From the human T2T-CHM13v2.0 reference genome, Homo sapiens: a stretch of DNA of 64,000 bases. Of this stretch, positions 42,641-60,016 are shown piece by piece (position 1 is the first letter of the stretch; every line of letters begins with the position of its first letter). The position numbers were made by a program, and so were the translations under genes. Location: the NCBI RefSeq assembly GCF_009914755.1, contig NC_060934.1, one strand, 5' to 3'. The notes beneath the pieces were generated by a model. That model saw only the letters and a list, made by a program, of their open reading frames with translations. It had not been told where the DNA came from and did not search any database.

Positions 42641-44139
42641 TATTCTTCACATAATCCTGGGAAGTCATATCCACTTCAGTAAAACTGAACAGATTCTACT
42701 CTTTCAGCTGACACTAATGTGCCCAATCCCTGGTTGCCCAGATATAGGGAGCTTTATTTTTCATCTCAGAACATGGTTTTTGTGCAGTGTCTTTATTTTT
42801 CATCTTGGTTGTCAGTGAGTTTGTTTTTAACATAGTGCTTATTCTGCTGATGGATGAAGTTATCAGCTGCCTGCATACAGTTTTAGAGATGGCACAAAGC
42901 TATGCTTTTGCCAAAATATGCCCCACTTCCCACTGTGAGCCTGCCTGGATACCATAATACCTCTCAACCAAGCTGGGAATGACATCATAAGAATTGCCAC
43001 CATAAGAGTTCCAGAGGGCCATTGCTGTAGTATTTGGATGGTAAGGTCAGAGGTCATCTGCATGAAAGAGTCACCCCTGCTAAGCATAGATTAAATGGAC
43101 AGATTGGTTTGTAGACCCTTGGTAAACAGAGAATCACTGTGGACAAAAGGTGAGCCCAAATAGCCTTGTGTAGGGAGTAACAGCCACAGGGACAGGGCCC
43201 CTATCTTGGAGGTGACCCTGACCCCGGAGCATTTGGTCAGGTCATGGGATGCCAAGCATGCCTTGCAAAGCAGTCTTCTGTGCCTAAGGCTCCTTCCTTG
43301 CAGAAACAGAGTTTTGCCATGTCCTTATTCCTCACTGCTCATAACCTCCACCTGAAACAATCTTTGCTGAATTGATTTTAAAGACATCAAAGTCTCGTTG
43401 TTCCTTCTCCCATTTGTAATGAATGAGGTTTCTTTATTCTGTGTGTTATCGAGGAAAGCTTCTGGCTTTGTGTCCCCAAGGTGAGGCAAATCTCACCAAA
43501 ACAATATTCAGTGAAGGTCTGGTCCAAGTTCATTAGAAGTAGAATGTGAGGTTGCCAAAAGCAAGCCCTCTTGTTTACTCTCAGTGTTCTGTCTTTTATC
43601 CCTTTCCCATCCCCCTTTTTTCATTTCCACATTTGCTCAGATTTTTCATATTTGTTTCCCAGGTTTCCTTTATTTGCCTCTAGAGTTTGAAATCAAATCT
43701 GCCTTCTGCACAAGAAGCACGCAGCTCCCTCGCCCTCTGATGCATGCAGCAAATCGCATTACGATCACTGTAAAAAGGGTCTGCAGGCTTCTCGGAATAG
43801 TGCACAGAATCTTCCTGTGTTAGAAAAAAATATTTCAATTGAAAGCAAGTGCTGCACCTAAAGATCAAAATGATTTCACATCACAAAAAGCAGCCTTCCT
43901 CTCTTCAGACACAAGTTACAGATTATTAGCTGTTCCCTTGTAAAATGCCCAACTCAGGGCCTTCCTCTGCATTCAAGGGCAGCCTCATATGGGCCCAGTT
44001 CCTTCATGTTTTGATCCTATTTCCCCTCATGAGGATACCCTCCACATTTAGCAAGGCCCCTTCACAACAGATAGACATGTTGTATTCACTGCACCAGGCA
44101 CACGAGACACACCCTATATTTGTAATGAATTGACACACT

Positions 44140-44310
44140 TATTTCTCAAAATGCCCTATAAGGTCAATGTCATTCACATTTTACAGATGAGGAAACTAAG
44201 GCATTCATAGCCCCCTTCCCCTAAAGTCTTGCAGATAGCTAGGGGCAGGACCAGTTCTTAAGAGCAAACTTTGCAACCCCAGCATCAGTATTTGTTCTTT
44301 CCACGGCTCC
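44140..44310 (-). mobile_element. MIR
   Basis: CATTTTACAGATGAGGAAACTAAGGC. Confidence 0.7.
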
Positions 44311-44639
44311 GTACCTGAGGGTTGATATCCCGGATTTTCCCTAAGATAATGACTGTTTCCTTTCGTTGGGATACTATCTCCTTAGCAGCAGATAACACAA
44401 ACAGAAAATAAGATGTCAGGTCCGTTTTGACACAGGAACACCGAACCTCCAAGCCTCCATCAGGTGCCTACAAAGGGCCAGGTATTGTTCCAGGCCCTGG
44501 GATTCAGCAGAGAGAAAGACAAATTCTCTCCCACAATGGAGCTTCCGTTCTAGGAAGCAAGTAAGGAATCAACCTCTTTTTTTTATGGATCTAGTAGATG
44601 ATAAGGTTTCTAATGTTAGGACTAAAGAGCATACCTATA

Positions 44640-44900
44640 ATAACTGTATTTATTTAATATATACTGACTTACAAAGCAATTTCCACAGTGCTCTGTGCTG
44701 TTATAAGCACTTCACAGATAAAGAAGTCATTGAATTATTCTACCAGACAGATGCTGTGACCTTCATCTTAAAAATGAGAAAACTGAGGGATAGACAGATG
44801 AAGTAACTTTGTTCAAATGGCACAGCTCTAAGGGGCAGGGCCAGGTGTCCAATACAGGCAGTCTGGTTCTAGAAGCCATTCTCTAACCACTTTGCCATGT
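44640..44900 (-). mobile_element. MIR
   Basis: AAAAATGAGAAAACTGAGGG...CAGGCAGTCTGGTTCTAGAAGCCATTCTCTAACCACT. Confidence 0.7.
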
Positions 44901-45239
44901 TGCCTGCAGAAACTTGAGGTCAACAAGAGAGCGTTCTGCACAGCATGGCCTCAGAGTGGCATCACTGCCAATCATCATGGTTACTGCCATCAGAGTTTGA
45001 CTGTCTAGGGCACTCTGTGTCATCTGATGTGATGGGATGCTGCAGCCATGAGTGACATTGCACTGGCTGACAGAGTTGCCCATACCTGTGGGCAACAGTG
45101 CCTCTTACTTGCTCAGCGTCAGGTGCTACACCAAAAACTCTCAATGGAAACTCCAATTTAATACTGACATCCCTACCCTGTGAAGTAGACCAGTGTTATC
45201 CTTATTTAAAAGATGGGGAAACCTCGACTTAGGAAGCTG

Positions 45240-45640
45240 GAGCAAAGACTTCCAGATGCCGTCTCATGCCCCCACCCAACACACACACCCAGATATATTT
45301 CCTTTCTTCTTCTCTAGAAATGTTGCAAGGGATGCTTTGCAACATTCATAACCACGTAAATTCTAGCTGATGGCATGACCGACAGTGTGACTTCCTTTTC
45401 CTCATCTTTTCCTCTACCTGTGGCTGAAATGCAAACATGGTGGCCCATGACTTTGAACATGCAGATGAAGTCAGGGTTGACAGAAGAACAAGATGAAAGG
45501 AGGCTGTTCTCTCATGCTGTCAAGCCTCCATACCAGCCCTGGACTCCTCATCTAGACTTTTATTCAAGGGATAATTGTAACATCCACCTTGTATGAGCCA
45601 CTGTATTTGGGAACTCTGGTCCCAGCAGTCTAGCCTGTGT
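45240..45640 (+). mobile_element. Old MLT1-type LTR inside a MIR
   Basis: CAGAAGAACAAGATGAAAGGAGGCTG...CCATACCAGCCCTGGACTCCTCATCTAGACTTT...GAGCCACTGTATTTGGG. Confidence 0.5.
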
Positions 45641-46169
45641 TTCCACAGCTGTGCCCAAGGTCACTCAGCTGTGAGCAGCAGAGCTAGGATTTAGACCCAG
45701 GCCATCTCATATTTGACTTAGAAACCTCTCTGTCCCTTATAGTTACATCACACTGGACAGTCAGTTGCAATGACAGAGTCACGGTCACAGTCACACATGA
45801 GTCACATCTTTGAGGCCAGAAGCACACTAATTGCATGTTGTATCCTTCCTTTCTAGCTCAATTATGCTTCCACCTTCCAGCCTTGCCTGTCTTGTGTCCT
45901 GCTTGTACTATCATGCTATGCCAGGAAAGGAGCAGTCCTCTAAACCAAGCTGCATCTAGGTAAAGTCACTAGCATCTGTGAAGACGTGGAAGCCTCTAGA
46001 AGGCTTGATTTCATACATTACCACCACAACAAAACCTTTCATCAAGAACCTGAAATGTCACAAACTTTTGATGAGACATTTTACACACATCTTTATGGAA
46101 TTTGCAGGATTTGATTTTGAGATTGAAAATTACTTCTCAGTTACATGAAAGCAATACAAAATACAAATA

Positions 46170-46765
46170 CAATCATGTGCCACATAAGGACATTTCAGTC
46201 AACGACAGATTACATATACATTCGTGGTCCCATAAGATTACAATGGAGCTGAAATATTCCTACACCTAATGACATCAGAGATCTCATGATGTCATAGCAA
46301 AATTTGTTAATGAATTTAGTGTAACCTAAGTGTACAGTGTTTATCAAGTCCACAGAAGTGTACAGTAATGTCCTAGGCCTTCACACTCACCACTCACTCA
46401 TTGATTCACCCAGAGCAACTTCCAATCCTGCAAGCTCCTTTCAAGATAAGTGCCAAATAGGTGTACTATTTGTGTTGGTTTTTCCTTTTTTACCTTTTAC
46501 ACTGTATTTTTACTGTACCCTTTTGATGTTTAGATATGTTAGATACCCAAATGCTTACTATTGTGTTACAATTGCCTACAGTATTCAGTATAGTAACATT
46601 GTATGTTGTGTAGCCTAGGAGCAATTAGACCATATAGCCCACGTGTGTAGTAGGCTACCCCAACTAGGTTTATGTAAGTACACTCCATGGTGTTCCCATA
46701 ATGATGAAATCACCTAACCATGCATTTCTCAGAAGGTATCCTCATTGATAAGTGATGCATGACTG
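46170..46765. mobile_element. Tigger3 (MER7)-family non-autonomous TcMar element
   Basis: TIRs CAATCATGTGCCACATAA... and ...TAAGTGATGCATGACTG, flanked by TA (46168-46169, 46766-46767). Confidence 0.85.
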
Positions 46766-46831
46766 TAACAAAATGCATATAGCCTCTGCAAAATATGATT
46801 CAAATATTAACTTAAAAATTGAAAGAGAACA

Positions 46832-47288
<457 letters not shown>

Positions 47289-48672
47289 CTAAAAAAAATT
47301 CAAATTAAGACTAATTCTTTAATGTGTAAATGTGATGGGGTTTATAGTTGTCCAGGAGCTATTAAAGGGTTTGTACAAACGATTATGTTTTCATATATTT
47401 AAGTAACTTTATAATTAAAATAATTAAGTCAGACTCAGAAGTCACCAAGTTTGAGAAGCCTAATATTTCAGGTAAGTACAGCAACTATGAACAACTCTCA
47501 GGAAAGGTTTAAGCCCTTTCTCACTCTTGCCTCACAATTGTCTATATCATATGTCCTTACCTTGGCCTTGGAACTCAATATCCTACCCTCTAAGATATTA
47601 GTTAGATATACATCTGCCTCATTGTTAAATGGAAATGTTAAAGTCACTGCTATTGGACTATTCTCCCAGATTTTCTCATTCCAAGTAATTTGCCATAGAA
47701 TCAACATCTTGTATCTTTTTCAGTTAGGTATAAAATTGTTTCCTCTGACTATTAACATGAGGGACGTAAAAGAAATTAACCGATGACTCTAAAACATCAA
47801 TTTACCACATTAAAACAATCTTCCTACCAGAAAGCAAGTCACTGCCATTAGTTTGGGACTCATTTTTGCTGGCATTCAATTACTCGGCTCCAATGGATTA
47901 GGCCAATTAAACTGATTCAAGGTCACAATCCTACCGATCCTACAAATGTAAGGTAATCAAATTTAAGTCACAAATCTGTTTTCCTGGCCTGGCATGAATA
48001 AGAAGTAAGGTGAGCAGGCACTAAAAATGATACAGAAGTGGCTAGAATCTCAGAGGAATTTGCAAGAGACCCCTTGGGAAAATTTCTCCCCTAAGTGTAC
48101 ATAAGGCAATCCCTCAAGCTATGCCAATGACAGTGAAAACTTCCTAGATTTTCTTCACCTAACAGAAACGGCCACCCTTCCCCTCCCTTTCCCCAACCCC
48201 CTAAACCTAGCATCTCTTCACCAGTCCCAACAGGATTCTATGCAGTTCACATTTACCATCCTCCCCAAACCCCTATTTTTCTTATCCTCCACTGAGCTGT
48301 TCATCCCATGCAGGATGGACTTGGTGTGATCCACCACTGTATACCAGCACAGAAGGTGGTCATTAAATGTTGGCTGAGTTAAAAATGCTCATTTAACTTT
48401 CTAAGACCCACTGCCGAAAGCGCCATCTCCTGAAAGAATAGAGAACTGTCTCCACGTCTGTCTGCGTGAGACCAAGGAAGGCAGAATCCCTCCTGCCCAA
48501 TGTATAGGTTGGACTTTCCATGAGAGACTGCTTTAATGACGTTTAATTTGATAGCGTTATGTTTCAACTATATTAGGCACTAGATACTTTTTGTGGGCTG
48601 TATCTAGAACATAACCTCCCTTTACAACATTCATTCTATGGAGAAATATGTTCAGAAAGATGATCGGGTATA

Positions 48673-49112
48673 TATGTTAGTTTCCTGGGGCTGCCATAAC
48701 AAAATGCCACAAACTGGGTAGCTTAGAAAAACAGAAACTTATTCACTCACCATTCTGGAGGCCAAAATTCTGAAACTGAGGTGTCAGCATGGCCACACTC
48801 CATCGAAGGTGCTAGAAGAGAATCTTTTCTTGCCTTTTCCAACTTTTGATGGGTCCAGGCATTCCTTGGCTTGTGGAAGCTTAATGCCAACCTCTGCCTC
48901 CGTCCTCACATGATCTTCTTCCCTCTGTGTCCAAGTCTCTTATGAAGATAAGAGTCACTGAATCTAGAGCCTGTCCTCATCCAGTATGACCTCATCTTGA
49001 TTTGATTATGCCTGCAAAAACCCTTTTCCAAATAGAGTCACATTCACAAGTACAGGAGTTTAGGACTTGAACATATTTGGGGGATGGGGAGGACACAGAT
49101 GAATCCACTATA
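48673..49112 (-). mobile_element. MLT1C-like solo LTR
   Basis: TTAGTTTCCTGGGGCTGCCATAACAAAATGCCACAAACTGGG...ATCCAGTATGACCTCATCTT...GTCACATTCACAAGTAC. Confidence 0.85.
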
Positions 49113-49263
49113 ATATAATAGTATCAAAATCCTATCTTAGCTACAATGTGTATTAAATTAATGATAGCCTGGGAACCTAATCAGTGCTCATAACACTGAA
49201 ATTTGGAACACCACATTTTAACATTAATATAAGATTACTGACTTTTAAAATACAACATGTCCA

Positions 49264-49685
<422 letters not shown>

Positions 49686-50939
49686 TTAGGAAAAACACAA
49701 ATACCCAGCAATATAGGGCTAGTTATGTTATAGTTATGTAAGAAAATACTATGCAACCAAGAAAATTATGGGGCAAAATGTATTTGACATGAAAATATAG
49801 TCATGACTTACTGCCATAAAAACCATACATATATACATATATAACTATATAGAGATTTTAAAACATACATAGATAAAAGTAAATCTATAGCTATATAATC
49901 TCTATATAGCTATAAATATGTGTGTCTATGTGTGTGTATACATATGTATTTATGGCCTTTACTACATTTCAAGTACAGACCAAACACAATTTGCAAGCAG
50001 ATTTCAATATATTTTCTGTAAAGTTTTATATACGGAATAGTTTGTTGTTGTAAAACCAATACATGTTCATTTCAAAGACATAAGCAAAAACATACAAGCA
50101 AAATATTAAAATTTTGAATATCCATGTTTTTAACTACCCAGAGCAAACAGCTGTAAGCACTATAGCATATATATGCACGGAAAATGAAAAAATGGCCTTG
50201 AAAAAGATACCCCAAACTAGGACACACCAGTTTATCTACTGGCACAGAAAGCCACTGAATTAGCCATAGAGTCACCCACAGAGTCAATTGTCCTCAAGTA
50301 CCTAGGAGTGGGGAACATTAAGTAATTTAGCTGAAAGTATGATGTGTGTATTGAAAGAAATGTAGGTTTATAATAAGATATGGAACTCATTCTTAAGGGA
50401 ATAAACTCATTCAATAAGAATAAAAAGTTTAAGAATCACACTCTAATATCTTAATGTGGGTAGAAGAATTATGAGTATCTTATATTTTCTTCTTTCGGCT
50501 TCTTTGTGTTTGCTGATTTTTTTTTTTTTATGAAATGAGTCAGTACTGCACTTACAGAGAAAATACCAAAATAGTAACTCTACCAAAAACATAAAATGTA
50601 TTACTTTTCCCCGCCACTACCACCTGTTTACAGATTGAGACTAGCTCATGAGAAGAACAGTTATCAGCCAAGGATTCGTGGTCAACCTAAACCTCATCCT
50701 TACTCGGAAAAGCTGTCCCCAGGCAGGATTTCTGGTACCTATGAGTCTCTCTACACTAGGGATCTGGAAGGGCTGGGATGGCCTCTGAGGCTCACTCATC
50801 TGCCTAAATACCACCAGCTTTGGCCTCTAGAATCCCATCAGACTGTGGCAGAAAATACAATAAAAATGGGACTGTTCACCACATGTAACATAACTGTAAC
50901 TGTATTTTGGCTCAGAGCAATTGGTCAAGCCCCTAAGAA

Positions 50940-51150
50940 GGGAACATTTTATTGAATGTGTGCTGTATGCTCCATTACTTTCTATTTAATTTTCTCAACA
51001 ACCCTAGGTGCACTGATCCCATTGTTCAGATGGGAAAATTGAAGCTCAAAGAGGTTAGGAAACGTGCTCATAGTCACACAGTTAAGATGTGACAGGGACA
51101 AGATTCACAAGAAGTTATGTCTGACTTCAGAGCTGTAGCCCCTCTGCTGC
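50940..51150 (-). mobile_element. MIR
   Basis: CCCATTGTTCAGATGGGAAAATTGAAGCTCAAAGAGGTTAGG...AGTCACACAGTTAAG. Confidence 0.7.
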
Positions 51151-51402
51151 ATCTAGAGACTTGTTCCAAAAATGAGTATTTCTCCACCTGCCTCTTCTTG
51201 CTCATACGTTCTCTCCCTCTTTCCTATTCATTCTAAAAAGCAGCTTGCTCTTGCCTTTTTCCTAAGATGTTCTTTGCTATCATCTTTTAGTCAAGTGTAG
51301 TTGTTAGCAAAGACTTCCTACATCAATAAAGTGATGAGGCAACTTCTAACCCTTGGCTTTCTGATTTCCAGTGAATGCTCCTTTTCTATTTAAGACAGGA
51401 CA

Positions 51403-52311
51403 GGAGGGGAGGAGCCAAGATGGCCAAATAGGAACAGCTCCCGTCTACAGCTCTCAGCGTGAGCGACGCAGAAGACGGGTGATTTCTGCATTTCCATCTG
51501 AGGTACCGGGTTCGTCTCATTAGGGAGTGCCAGACAGTGGGCGCAGGTCAGTGGGTGCGCGCACCGTGCGCGAGCCGAAGCAGAGCAAGGCATTGCCTCA
51601 CTTGGGAAGCGCAAGGGGTCAGGGAGTTCCCTTTCTGAGTCAAAGAAAGGGGTGACGGACGGCACCTGGAAAATCGGGTCACTCCCACCTGAATACTGCG
51701 CTTTTCGGACGGGCTTAAAAAACGGCGCACCACAAGATTATATCCCGCACCTGGCTCGGAGGGTCCTACGCCCACGGAGTCTCGCTGATTGCTAGCACAG
51801 CAGTCTGAGATCAAACTGCTAGGCGGCAGCGAGGCTGGGGGAGGGGCGCCCGCCATTGCCCAGGCTTGATTAGGTAAAGAAAGCAGCCGGGAAGCTTGAA
51901 CTGGGTAGAGCCCACCACAGCTCAAGGAGGCCTGCCTGCCTCTGTAGGCTCCACCTCTGGGGGCAGGGCACAGACAAACAAAAAGACAGCTGTAACCTCT
52001 GCAGACTTAAATGTCCCTGTCTGACAGCTTTGAAGAGAGCTGTGGTTCTCCCAGCACGCAGCTGGAGATCTGAGAACGGGCAGACTGCCTCCTCAAGTGG
52101 GTCCCTGACCCCTGATCCCAGAAAAGCCTAACTGGGAGGCACCCCCCAGCAGGGGCACACTGACACCTCACACGGCAGGGTATTCCAACAGACCTGCAGC
52201 TGAGGGTCCTCTCTGTTAGAAGGAAAACTAACAAACAGAAAGGACATCCACACCAAGAACCCATCTGCACATCACCATCATCAAAGACCAAAAGTAGATA
52301 AAACCACAAAG
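51403..52311 (+). promoter_or_regulatory. L1 5'UTR: internal sense promoter, YY1 site and antisense promoter region
   Basis: YY1 core CAAGATGGCC at 51416-51425. Dense retained CpGs at ~51440-51890, the most extended CpG-rich stretch in the window. Confidence 0.8.
51548..51856 (-). CDS. L1 antisense ORF0, open, 102 codons (MAGAPPPASLPPSSLISDCCASNQRDSVGVGPSEP...)
   Basis: ATG (CAT at 51854-51856) within ORF-track entry 51548..51925. The N-terminus matches primate L1 ORF0. Expression is not shown. Confidence 0.6.
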   Translation of the reverse strand: MAGAPPPASLPPSSLISDCCASNQRDSVGVGPSEPGAGYNLVVRRFLSPSEKRSIQVGVTRFSRCRPSPLSLTQKGNSLTPCASQVRQCLALLRLAHGARTH

Positions 52312-53324
52312 ACGGGGAAAAAACAGAAAAGAAAAACTGGAAACTCTAAAAAGCAGAGCACCTCTCCTCCTCCAAAGGAACGCAGTTCCTCACCAGCAAC
52401 GGAACAAAGCTGGATGGAGAATGACTTTGACGAGCTGAGAGAAGAAGACTTCAGACGATCAAATTACTCTGAGCTACGGGAGGACATTCAAACCAAAGGC
52501 AAAGAAGTTGAAAACTTTGAAAAAAATTTAGAAGAATGTATAACTAGAATAACCAACACAGAGAAGTGCTTAAAGGAGCTGATGGAGCTGAAAACCAAGG
52601 CTCGAGAACTACGTGAAGAATGCAGAAGCCTCAGGAGCTGATGCGATCAACTGGAAGAAAGGGTATCAGCGATGGAAGATGAAATGAATGAAATGAAGCG
52701 AGAAGGGAAGTTTAGAGAAAAAAGAATAAAAAGAAATGAGCAAAGCCTCCAAGAAATATGGGACTATGTGAAAAGACCAAATCTACGTCTGATTGGTGTA
52801 CCTGAAAGTGATGGGGAGAATGGAACCAAGTTGGAAAACACTCTGCAGGATATTATCCAGGAGAACTTCCCCAATCTAGCAAGGCAGGCCAATGTTCAGA
52901 TTCAGGAAATACAGAGAACGCCACAAAGATACTCCTCAAGAAGAGCAACTCCAAGACACATAATTGTCAGATTCACCAAAGTTGAAATGAAGGAAAAAAT
53001 GTTAAGGGCAGCCAGAGAGAAAGGTCGGGTTACCCTCAAAGGGAAGCCCATCAGACTAACAACGGATCTCTCTGCAGAAACTCTACAAGCCAGAAGAGAC
53101 TGGGGGCCAATATTCAACATTCTTAAAAGAATTTTCAACCCAGAATGGCATATCCAGCCAAACTAAGCTTCATAAGTGAAGGAGAAATAAAATACTTTAC
53201 AGACAAGCAAATGCTGAGAGATTTTGTCACCACCAGGCCTGCCTTACAAGAGCTCCTGAAGGAAGCACTAAACATGGAAAGGAACAACTGGTACCAGCCG
53301 CTGCAAAATCATGCCAAAATGTAA
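52312..53324 (+). pseudogene. L1 ORF1 (RNA-binding ORF1p), inactivated
   Basis: Start ATG mutated to ACG (52312-52314), TGA at 52639-52641, small frameshifting deletion near 53125, native stop TAA at 53322-53324. Confidence 0.92.
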
Positions 53325-53372
53325 AGACCATCGAGACTAGGAAGAAACTGCATCAACTAACAAGCAAAATAA

Positions 53373-57214
<3,842 letters not shown>

Positions 57215-58536
57215 ACAATGAGATCTCATGGACACAGGAAGGGGAATATCACACTCTGGGGACTGCTGTGGGGTGGGGGGAGGGGGGAGGGATAGCATTG
57301 GGAGATATACCTAATGTTAGATGACAATTTATTGGGTGCAGCGCACCAGCATGGCACATGTATACATATGTAACTAACCTGCACAATGTGCACATGTACC
57401 CTAAAACTTAAAGTATAATAAAAAAATAAATTTAAAAAATAAAAATAAATAAATAAATAAATAAATAAAAGACAGGACAAAAATAACAGACACTAATCTG
57501 CAAGGCATAGCCTTAAGGCCTCAGTAGTTCAGCCCAGGTAATCATTTCCCACCTTGGAGGCTTTTCTGCACAACAATGACAAATTAACTTGCTTTTTAAT
57601 TTTCAAATCCCTTTTTATTTCATTTCATTATTTTTCCCTTGCCTCCTTCTGTTTCCAGAACGGGGTTCCCACCCATTTAATCACTTTTAAGAAATGTTCA
57701 TTTTTTTAAATCTGCCCCATAACTGTCCACTGAAGATAGCAACCAATAATTGCACTCTTTAGTCACATGAAATTTGCTGTTTAAAATAAGCTTCTAATCG
57801 GACAGGGTCCTCAAAACATTATGATTAATCTACAGACGATGTAATAGCCAAGACAGCAATGCTCACATTTCTAAATGCTGTTTCATTAATAGGATTCATA
57901 TCTTGAGTCTGTGATATTCTCAGCTCTACTTTACAGGCTGAACAAATAAAATTCTAAATCATATTAAGGAAAGGAGCAGCTTTGAAAATTAGAGTCTGTT
58001 GGAAATAGGAGACTCTCTTCAGGCAGCCCCAAGACCCTGCTACCTGACATTTCACTTCCAAATGCGCTTCAGAAGGTACCAGTTTGTGATACGAGGAAAA
58101 GCCCACAGGATGTTTATTTTCTCTTACGGAAAAAAAAAAAATGAAACAAACCTCTTCTTTCTAACATGATGCGGTATGGGAATAACAGAAAAATCAATAA
58201 CAAGCCTGAAAAATATATCTTGTTTAAACAGAAAGCAAGATTTTTGTTCCAGGTATTTCTTAAAAAATATATGTGTGTGTGTGTGTATATATATATTCAG
58301 AGATAAAAGAACAAACTTCAAAGGAGGAGAGTTGGAAAAGGAGGGATGGCCAGAAATCAGCCGATATTTCAAAGGTAGAGGAAAGGAATGCGAGAGTCAG
58401 GGCAAAGTGCCCATACTGATACAAGCCTCACCTCCAGAAATCACCTGTGGTACTCACATTGTCCCTTCCAGATATGCTAGGGGGCTAACAACTGCATGGG
58501 TGGTCCCGTATGCCTCTCTCTGGGAGTGTACTAGAG

Positions 58537-58760
58537 CCAAGATGTGCTGCAGCCACCTCACACTGGCTCCCAGGAGCCTATTGTTCAATTTCTGGAATTT
58601 TTGGAAATTGGCTGATATTCCATTGGTGGCTTGAAATCAGCCATGGTGGGAGTATCCACACTACAGAAAGTAGAAAATGCAACAAATCCAGAGTTCCCCT
58701 CCCCGCCGCCCCCAACCCCCGACAGAGCTGGTTGTTAAACTTTCACCAGCACACCACTGC
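58537..58760. mobile_element. MER63A-like hAT-Blackjack element
   Basis: GCTTGAAATCAGCCATGGTGGGAGTAT...GAGCTGGTTGTTAAACTTTCACCAGCACACCACTG. Confidence 0.8.
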
Positions 58761-59254
58761 TTCTTTCTCAGTTTTCCCGTGGGCTTCCTTTGGGAGGTGT
58801 CTAGGCTTGCAGAACATTGCCAAAGGACATTTACAAAAAAGAAAGAAGAAAAGCAGCTGCGTCTTCCAGAAACTTCCCACTAATGGAGATACAGGACTGT
58901 ATCAACAAAGAGGGCCATATCTAAATGCTTTCTGGAAGGGTCTGGATAAAACAGACCCACCAGAAGACTACCCCCTGGAGCCAGACTTTTGAAAAGCTCG
59001 GCCCTGGGCGCACGCTCTACCCTGAAACACAGGGCGCTGGCTCTCAACACAGACAGCATGTCCCGAGGTCCTGAGGCCTCATCTTCACCCACAGGTAGAT
59101 TTCTTTCAGTCCCTACACCCCAGAGACTGGGTTTTTCTGCCAAGTCCTGCTCTTCTCTGCATCCTCTACAAAGCAGGCCCTTGGCCTTTCCTGGCCACCC
59201 CATCTGCTGTCTCAGTCCCATCCATGACCCACCCAGAGGTGGAGCCCCAACCAA

Positions 59255-59370
59255 GGGAGCAGCAGGGACCAAATCCTTCTGTTCACCACTGTATACTCAA
59301 TGCCTAGCACAGTGCTGGGGATACAGTAGATGCATGATAAATACATAGTGAATGAAGGAATGAATTCAAT
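59255..59370 (+). mobile_element. L2 3' end
   Basis: ATGCCTAGCACAGTGCTGGGGATACAGTAGATGCATGATAAATA...GAATGAAGGAATGAA. Confidence 0.75.
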
Positions 59371-60016
59371 AGGCAAATCTCCACCAATCTACTTATTGCT
59401 AGCATCAGAGAATCTTGGTTAGGATAGGCAATTTAAGAAATTCAGGATAAGGCATCAAGAAATCTAGGTTCTAGACCAGCCTCAGCAATTAATTTGCTTA
59501 TTTATATCCCCTAACTTTGTTGGAGTTTCATCTCTTCATCTAGGAAATCGTGCCTGGATTCTGGTACTTTTACACTGACTCTACCACTAAATAGCAGACA
59601 TCTTGGCAAACAGTTTAACCTTTCTTAGTCTCAATTTTTCTATCTTTTAATGAAGATAACACAATTCTATGTCCTTTTAAACTCTTATTGTGGGAATCAA
59701 AATATATGTGAAGTGCTTTTGACATAAAATGGGGGCTCCATAAATTATTCGTAGCTTCCCCTTCTCTTGTCCAGGCTGAACAGCTCATGAGTCCACTAGA
59801 CCCAGTCTGGTATCTGTCTATATACAGGAACAGGAAAGGTGCTGGTTTCCAAATGTTTCCCTGGAGGCTGACTTAGGACAGGTGAACATGGGAAACTATT
59901 TTTTAATTTCACTTAAAATAAAGTTGCACCAGTGAAAGAAACACAAGAAACTTCCTCTAAACTTAAAGAGTAATTGAACTTGGGGTCAAATTCTAGATTC
60001 CCAACTGACAGGCTCT

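Noticed and set aside
49886-49914. 12-bp inverted repeat TATAGCTATATA-atctc-TATATAGCTATA
   Set aside because: It lies in a degenerate TA-rich tract where self-complementarity is expected.
57268-57292. G-quadruplex-like G tracts (also ~33604-33626)
   Set aside because: Standard feature of L1 3'UTRs, not locus-specific.
58176-59348. Cluster of overlapping 119-160 aa ORFs
   Set aside because: They cross a (TG)n(TA)n repeat, MER63 and L2 and overlap in several frames and strands. This fits chance ORFs in moderately GC-rich DNA.
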